Assembly: GCA_963716625.1 (NCBI GenBank)
Contig: CAVQTP010000008.1
Span: forward strand, 73,812 to 137,811
DNA length: 64,000 bases
Direction: 5' to 3'
Source: an uncultured Flavobacteriaceae bacterium
GTDB taxonomy: Bacteria; Bacteroidota; Bacteroidia; Flavobacteriales; Flavobacteriaceae
The position numbers were made by a program, and so were the translations under genes. The stretch's first letter is position 1. Each line of letters opens with the position of its first letter. Of this stretch, positions 59,098-64,000 are shown piece by piece. Under the pieces are notes generated by a model. That model was not told where the DNA came from. It saw only the letters and a list, made by a program, of their open reading frames with translations, and did not search any database.

Positions 59098-59709
59098 TTG
59101 ACAGAATCCATTTTAGCCTTTTTAGCGGCGACTGCCCTTTTAGCCCTTTCTCCAGGACCAGATAACATTTATGTGTTGACGCAAAGTATCGTAAATGGAA
59201 GTAAATCTGGGCTTGCCACCACTGCAGGATTAATATCTGGATGTATTGTACATACCACCTTGGTTGCTTTTGGGATTTCTGCGATAATCGCAGCATCACC
59301 AAAGTTATTTTTGGCAATCAAAATTGCAGGAGCTGCCTATCTTTTATACATAGCCTATAAAGTATATCGTGCAGATGCGCAGATTAATTTAACAGAAGGT
59401 GCTCCAAAAAAAACATACTTAGCTCTTTTTAAGCAAGGAGTCCTAATGAATATTTTAAACCCTAAGGTAACCATTTTTTTTCTAGCATTTTTTCCAGGTT
59501 TCTTGTGGGATCCAGAGGGTAATACAGTATATCAATTTTATATTTTGGGACTAGTATTTATGTTAGAGTCCTTCTTAATATTTGGCGGAATAGCCTTGGT
59601 AGCAGGTAAAATAGCTCCTGTATTAAAAAAAAGTGATACTGCAGGAATTATTTTAAAATGGTTGCAGTTTTTTGTTTTCATAGGGATCGCTATTTTTATA
59701 TTGATTTAG
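59098..59709 (+). CDS. LysE/RhtB family translocator
   Basis: SPGPDNIYV, GAAYLLY, NILNPKV.IFFLAFFPGF. Confidence 0.92.
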   Translation: MTESILAFLAATALLALSPGPDNIYVLTQSIVNGSKSGLATTAGLISGCIVHTTLVAFGISAIIAASPKLFLAIKIAGAAYLLYIAYKVYRADAQINLTEGAPKKTYLALFKQGVLMNILNPKVTIFFLAFFPGFLWDPEGNTVYQFYILGLVFMLESFLIFGGIALVAGKIAPVLKKSDTAGIILKWLQFFVFIGIAIFILI

Positions 59710-61400
59710 ATCTCAAGTTTGTAAACAATTGCTTGCCAAGGCCTCAGTGCAAATTCTTTAAATGTCTTGTCATCAAGAATTTTGTCATTAGAAATCAGCT
59801 TTATTTTTCTATTATACGAGATATCTAATGGTAATGAAAACCGTACCGTATCGTCAGAAAAGTTCAACAAAATCAAAAATCGTTGATCTTCTTGTTGGCG
59901 TGTATAGGCATATACTTGTTCATGTTCTGGCTTTATAATCGTATATGTCCCATAAACAAGTGCTTTATGTAATTTGCGTAAAGCAACCATGTTTTTAAAG
60001 TATGAAAGTACGGAGTCCTTAGATTTTAATTGTTGAGAGACAGTAATCCCCTTACGATAATCTGAATTAACTTCAATCCACGGATCTGCAACTGAAAAAC
60101 CTGCATTATTAGAAGAGTCCCATTGCATAGGAGTACGTGCATTTTCTCTAGCAGTGTGTTGCTCATTTTTCATAAAAGCGTTGAGATCACCGCCACGGTT
60201 TTTTTCTAATTCATATCTATTAATGGTATTAATATCTCTATAATCTTCAATACCTGAAAACTTGACATTTGTCATTCCAATCTCATCGCCTTGGTAAAAG
60301 TAGGGGGTGCCTCTCATGGTTAGTAAAAAAGTGTGCAAAAGTGTAGCGCTGTTTTTCCAGTGTTCTTGAGAATCATTGCCCCACCTACTTACTGCTCTAG
60401 GAAAGTCATGATTTGCCAGAAATAACGATCCCCATCCATGGTTTGCAAATGCATGGTCCCATTTTGTAAAAATCTCTTTAAATTCAGACAACTTCCATCT
60501 CTCTTCTTTTAGAGTAAAAACCTCTCCAGGAGCACGGTCCAGACTCATTAGGTCAAAATGAAAAAACATATCCATTTCTTTTCGGTCTTCATGCACAAAA
60601 TCTAATGCTTGGTCTAGGGCTATGCCTGGTCCTTCCCCCACAGTAAAAGCGTCATATTTAGATATTACCTCCTTGTTGAGCTCATTGAGATATTCATGTA
60701 CTTTAGGGCCATTTGCATAGTATGCTATAAACTCGTGCGGTTCTTGCGCAAGTATTTCTGGATAGCTAGTATCTTTGCTTATAAACGGAATCACATCCAT
60801 ACGGAAACCGTCTACGCCCTTTTGAAACCAGAAATGCATCATATGATAGATTTCTTGTCTAACTTTTCGGTTTTCCCATTTGAGATCTGGTTGTTTTACT
60901 GAAAAATAATGGAGGTAGTAAGCATTGGTCTGCTCATCATACTGCCAGGCATCCTCATTTACATCAAAATAGCTCCAACGCCTTGGAGGATTGCCATGCT
61001 CTGCGGGCCACCAGTGAAAGTAGTCTCGATACGGATTTTCTCTAGATTTCCTACTCTCTTGAAACCATCGGTGTTCATCACTACAATGATTTACAACTAG
61101 ATCCATCACAAGCTTTAGTCCACGGGCTTTCATACCAGCGAGTAGTTGTTCAAAGTCGGCCATTGTGCCGAATTCTGTCATTATTTTTTGATAATCGCGT
61201 ATATCATAACCGTTGTCGTCATTAGGAGAATCGTAAATAGGGTTGAGCCATATAATATCAACTCCTAAGCTTTGTATATAGTCTAGCTTATCAATAATAC
61301 CCTGTAAATCACCTATACCATTTCCAGTTGTATCGTTAAAAGATCTTGGGTAAATTTGATATACCACTCCTTCTTTCCACCAAGTTTCTTTGAGACTCAT
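59706..61400 (-). CDS. GH13 alpha-glucosidase / oligo-1,6-glucosidase
   Basis: WWKEGVVYQIYPRSF, DNGYDIRDY, DLVVNH, QPDL, GFRMDVI, NHD, RTPMQW. Confidence 0.93.
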   Translation of the reverse strand: MSLKETWWKEGVVYQIYPRSFNDTTGNGIGDLQGIIDKLDYIQSLGVDIIWLNPIYDSPNDDNGYDIRDYQKIMTEFGTMADFEQLLAGMKARGLKLVMDLVVNHCSDEHRWFQESRKSRENPYRDYFHWWPAEHGNPPRRWSYFDVNEDAWQYDEQTNAYYLHYFSVKQPDLKWENRKVRQEIYHMMHFWFQKGVDGFRMDVIPFISKDTSYPEILAQEPHEFIAYYANGPKVHEYLNELNKEVISKYDAFTVGEGPGIALDQALDFVHEDRKEMDMFFHFDLMSLDRAPGEVFTLKEERWKLSEFKEIFTKWDHAFANHGWGSLFLANHDFPRAVSRWGNDSQEHWKNSATLLHTFLLTMRGTPYFYQGDEIGMTNVKFSGIEDYRDINTINRYELEKNRGGDLNAFMKNEQHTARENARTPMQWDSSNNAGFSVADPWIEVNSDYRKGITVSQQLKSKDSVLSYFKNMVALRKLHKALVYGTYTIIKPEHEQVYAYTRQQEDQRFLILLNFSDDTVRFSLPLDISYNRKIKLISNDKILDDKTFKEFALRPWQAIVYKLEI

Positions 61401-61440
61401 TGTAATGTATTTAATGAAAAACGAATTTAGGGATAGATAT

Positions 61441-61455
61441 GCTTTCGCGAAAGCG
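61441..61455. repeat. Iterated palindrome 15/16 between divergent GH13 and pyrR
   Basis: tGCTTTCGCGAAAGCG followed by TA. Confidence 0.9.
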
Positions 61456-61487
61456 TAATTCTACTCAAAAAAATTATCTAATTTATG

Positions 61488-61495
61488 TACATTTG
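61488..61495 (+). promoter_or_regulatory. -7 promoter element of pyrR-pyrB
   Basis: TACATTTG. Confidence 0.6.
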
Positions 61496-61521
61496 TATCC
61501 CGAACCGACCTCGGAAATTTT

Positions 61522-62061
61522 ATGAGCCAAAAAGTACTTCTTAATGCCACAGAGATTAAAATAATTCTCCATCGGCTGGCTTGTCAATTAATAGAAAATC
61601 ATACGGATTTTAAAGAAACAGTACTCATAGGTATTCAACCTCGTGGTGTGTATCTCGCAGAGCGTATGAAACAATTATTAATGTCAGATTATGCTATCAA
61701 TGAAGTCAAGCTGGGCTATCTTGATATTACGTTTTACCGTGATGATTTTAGGCGTAATGAAAAAACGCTAGAGGCAAACAAGACAAAGATCGATTTTATT
61801 ATAGAAAATAAAAAAGTCGTCTTTATAGATGATGTTTTATATACTGGAAGAAGTATTAATGCTGCACTTACGGCTGTACAAAGTTTTGGAAGGCCTGAAG
61901 AGGTAGAATTATTATGCCTTATAGACAGGCGTTTTTCCAGACACTTACCTATCCAACCTGATTATAAGGGAAGACAGGTAGATGCTATAAATGAGGAGAA
62001 GGTAAAGGTTTGCTGGAAAGAAAACGAAGGAGAAGATGTAGTATATCTTGTTAAAAGTTAA
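61522..62061 (+). CDS. pyrR: PyrR / uracil phosphoribosyltransferase
   Basis: GIQPRG, LDITFYRDD, IDDVLYTGRS, RHLPIQPDY.G. Confidence 0.93.
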   Translation: MSQKVLLNATEIKIILHRLACQLIENHTDFKETVLIGIQPRGVYLAERMKQLLMSDYAINEVKLGYLDITFYRDDFRRNEKTLEANKTKIDFIIENKKVVFIDDVLYTGRSINAALTAVQSFGRPEEVELLCLIDRRFSRHLPIQPDYKGRQVDAINEEKVKVCWKENEGEDVVYLVKS

Positions 62062-62066
62062 ATTAT

Positions 62067-62996
62067 ATGAGCGAGTTAAGTGTCAATCATTTACTAGGTA
62101 TAAAATACATTAACGAGGCAGATATTAATCTTATTTTTAAAACTGCAGATCACTTTAAAGAAGTGATTAATCGACCTATTAAAAAAGTTCCTTCATTACG
62201 GGATATAACCATCGCTAATCTTTTTTTTGAAAATAGTACACGTACTAAACTTTCTTTTGAGCTTGCGGAGAAAAGACTTAGCGCAGATGTGATTAATTTT
62301 AGCGCAGCAGCATCTTCTGTTAAAAAAGGTGAGACTCTTATTGATACGGTTAATAATATTCTATCTATGAAAGTAGATATGGTTGTCATGAGACATCCTA
62401 ACCCAGGAGCGGGTGTATTTTTATCTAAACATATAAAAGCTAGTATTGTAAATGCCGGAGACGGGGCACATGAGCATCCTACGCAGGCCTTACTAGATAG
62501 TTACTCCATACGAGAAAAATTAGGAGATGTAGCTGGTAAGAATGTTGTTATTGTAGGTGATATTTTGCATAGTCGAGTTGCATTATCTAACATTTATGCT
62601 TTAAAACTTCAAGGTGCAAATGTAAAAGTATGTGGTCCAAAGACCTTACTTCCTAAATATATTGAGACCTTAGGAGTGGAGGTGGAACTTGACTTGCGTA
62701 AAGCATTGCAATGGTGTGATGTGGCAAATATGCTACGTGTTCAAAATGAGCGTATGGACATAAGCTATTTCCCAACAACACGCGAGTACACACAACAATA
62801 CGGAGTCACAAAGGAAATATTAGATTCTCTAGATAAGGAGATCGTAATTATGCACCCAGGACCAATCAATCGAGGGGTAGAAATTACGAGTGATGTTGCA
62901 GATTCTGAACACTCAATTATTCTCGATCAAGTTCAAAATGGTGTAGCGGTTCGTATGGCAGTTATCTATTTATTAGCTTCAAAAATTAAACAATAA
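62067..62996 (+). CDS. pyrB: Aspartate carbamoyltransferase catalytic subunit
   Basis: FFENSTRT, HEHPTQALLD, GDILHSRV, MHPGP.NRG. Confidence 0.97.
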   Translation: MSELSVNHLLGIKYINEADINLIFKTADHFKEVINRPIKKVPSLRDITIANLFFENSTRTKLSFELAEKRLSADVINFSAAASSVKKGETLIDTVNNILSMKVDMVVMRHPNPGAGVFLSKHIKASIVNAGDGAHEHPTQALLDSYSIREKLGDVAGKNVVIVGDILHSRVALSNIYALKLQGANVKVCGPKTLLPKYIETLGVEVELDLRKALQWCDVANMLRVQNERMDISYFPTTREYTQQYGVTKEILDSLDKEIVIMHPGPINRGVEITSDVADSEHSIILDQVQNGVAVRMAVIYLLASKIKQ

Positions 62997-62998
62997 CC

Positions 62999-63334
62999 AT
63001 GAAGATTACCACTAAAGATAAGTATACAGTACTCGCAGATGATCGAGAGGATGTTGTAGATTTTGCTAAACATTTAGAATTTATCGTGCCGAAACATTAC
63101 GATCAGAAAAATTTAATCATTGATTTATTAAAATACGATACCTTACAATTAGAAGAGTTAGTGAATTTTATAAAGTTGTCTAACTATCAGCGTGCAGACA
63201 AGAAGTCTTTTGTTTTTGTAAATAAAGGGATCAACTATGATTTTATACCAGATGAGATGGTGGTTGTCCCTAGTATTCAAGAAGCCATAGATGTAGTTGA
63301 AATGGAAGAGATAGAACGAGATCTTGGTTTATAA
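62999..63334 (+). CDS. Conserved Flavobacterial hypothetical protein
   Basis: 111 aa; KKSFV.V, VVPSIQEA.D.VEMEEIERDLG. Confidence 0.75.
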   Translation: MKITTKDKYTVLADDREDVVDFAKHLEFIVPKHYDQKNLIIDLLKYDTLQLEELVNFIKLSNYQRADKKSFVFVNKGINYDFIPDEMVVVPSIQEAIDVVEMEEIERDLGL

Positions 63335-63345
63335 AAAAAAATGTA

Positions 63346-64000
63346 ATGGCGAGCAATCTACATCTTACTATTTTAGGTTGTTATGCGGCAGCACCAGGCA
63401 GTTTCAAAAATCCTACATCTCAAGTATTAGAAATTCGCAATCATCTTTTCCTCATTGATTGTGGAGAGGGTACGCAAGTGGCCTTACGAAGGAATAAAAT
63501 AAAGTTTTCTCGCATAAAGCACATATTTATTTCTCACTTACACGGAGATCATTTTTTTGGATTAATGGGTGTAATTACCACCTTTAGTCTTCTAAAGCGC
63601 ACAGCACCCCTTACAGTATACGGCCCTAAAGGAATTAAAGAAATAGTTTTATTACAGCTCAAACTTTCTCAAGGTTTTACAAGTTATCCGCTGTTATTCA
63701 TAGAATTAGAAAGTAAAGAGCCCCAACTCTTGTATGAAGATGGTAAAGTAATTGTAACCACGATACCTCTCAAGCATCGAGTTTATACCAATGGTTTTTT
63801 ATTTAATGAAAAATTAGGAGAACGTAAATTAAATATAAATGCATGCCTTAACTTAGAAATTAACCAGGCGTATTATTCAAAAATAAAGCAAGGAGGAGAT
63901 GTTACGCTGGATGATGGGAAGGTCGTAAAAAACCAAGAGGTCACTTTCGATCCACCACAACCTAAAAGCTATGCCTATTGTAGTGATACATCATACAAAG
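63346..64000 (+). CDS. rnz: Ribonuclease Z, 5' part (runs off the window end)
   Basis: Manual translation MASNLHLTILGCYAAAP...LIDCGEGTQ...IFISHLHGDH...YAYCSDT; absent from the ORF track because there is no stop codon. Confidence 0.92.
   Translation, partial: MASNLHLTILGCYAAAPGSFKNPTSQVLEIRNHLFLIDCGEGTQVALRRNKIKFSRIKHIFISHLHGDHFFGLMGVITTFSLLKRTAPLTVYGPKGIKEIVLLQLKLSQGFTSYPLLFIELESKEPQLLYEDGKVIVTTIPLKHRVYTNGFLFNEKLGERKLNINACLNLEINQAYYSKIKQGGDVTLDDGKVVKNQEVTFDPPQPKSYAYCSDTSYK

Noticed and set aside
428-61455. Palindrome interpreted as a CRISPR repeat, terminator or pyrimidine-regulon operator
   Set aside because: Copies are kilobases apart with no spacer array or cas genes, and none has a U-tract. 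Seven lie mid-gene. The copies near pyrD and pyrR are only 2 of 16 and fit the regular spacing.
61401-61521. PyrR-binding attenuator upstream of pyrR-pyrB
   Set aside because: No PyrR-binding loop consensus or terminator/antiterminator pair is visible, and the predicted leader is very short.
887-62389. Numerous 60-165 aa ORFs antisense to or overlapping long genes in the track (e.g. 887-1126, 6890-7234, 24645-25139, 32047-32409, 58316-58780)
   Set aside because: They are shadows of well-supported genes and have no recognisable motifs.

Overview
64 kb of AT-rich (roughly 35% GC by eye) core chromosome from a marine Flavobacteriaceae (Bacteroidota). This is supported by TAnnTTTG promoters, Bacteroidota-style gene content and the near absence of SD motifs; a Dokdonia-like identity is only a guess. 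It has about 60 mostly housekeeping CDS (holA, lptD, amidase, mlaD, bshA, aroC, purB, miaE, dnaX, pepT, pyrD, pyrR, pyrB, rnz), a MoxR/DUF58/SpoIIM/RDD cluster, an ATP-grasp + amidohydrolase + QEGLA-peptidase operon and a 2TM x3 + LytTR module. I saw no rRNA, tRNA, CRISPR array, transposase or prophage. The dominant unexplained signal is a highly iterated palindrome, CGCTTTCGCGAAAGCG. Its 14-bp core occurs 16 times (11 perfect 16-mers), with several further partial copies. It lies both between genes and inside genes, where it mostly reads AFAKA, and copies are spaced at a strikingly regular ~2.2-3.9 kb. Other points: an A10 slippage site in dnaX, two +1 frameshifted genes, a tandem pair of small paralogous proteins missed by the ORF track, a canonical LytTR box, and a Flavo-1-like structured element. 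All counts and alignments were done by hand.
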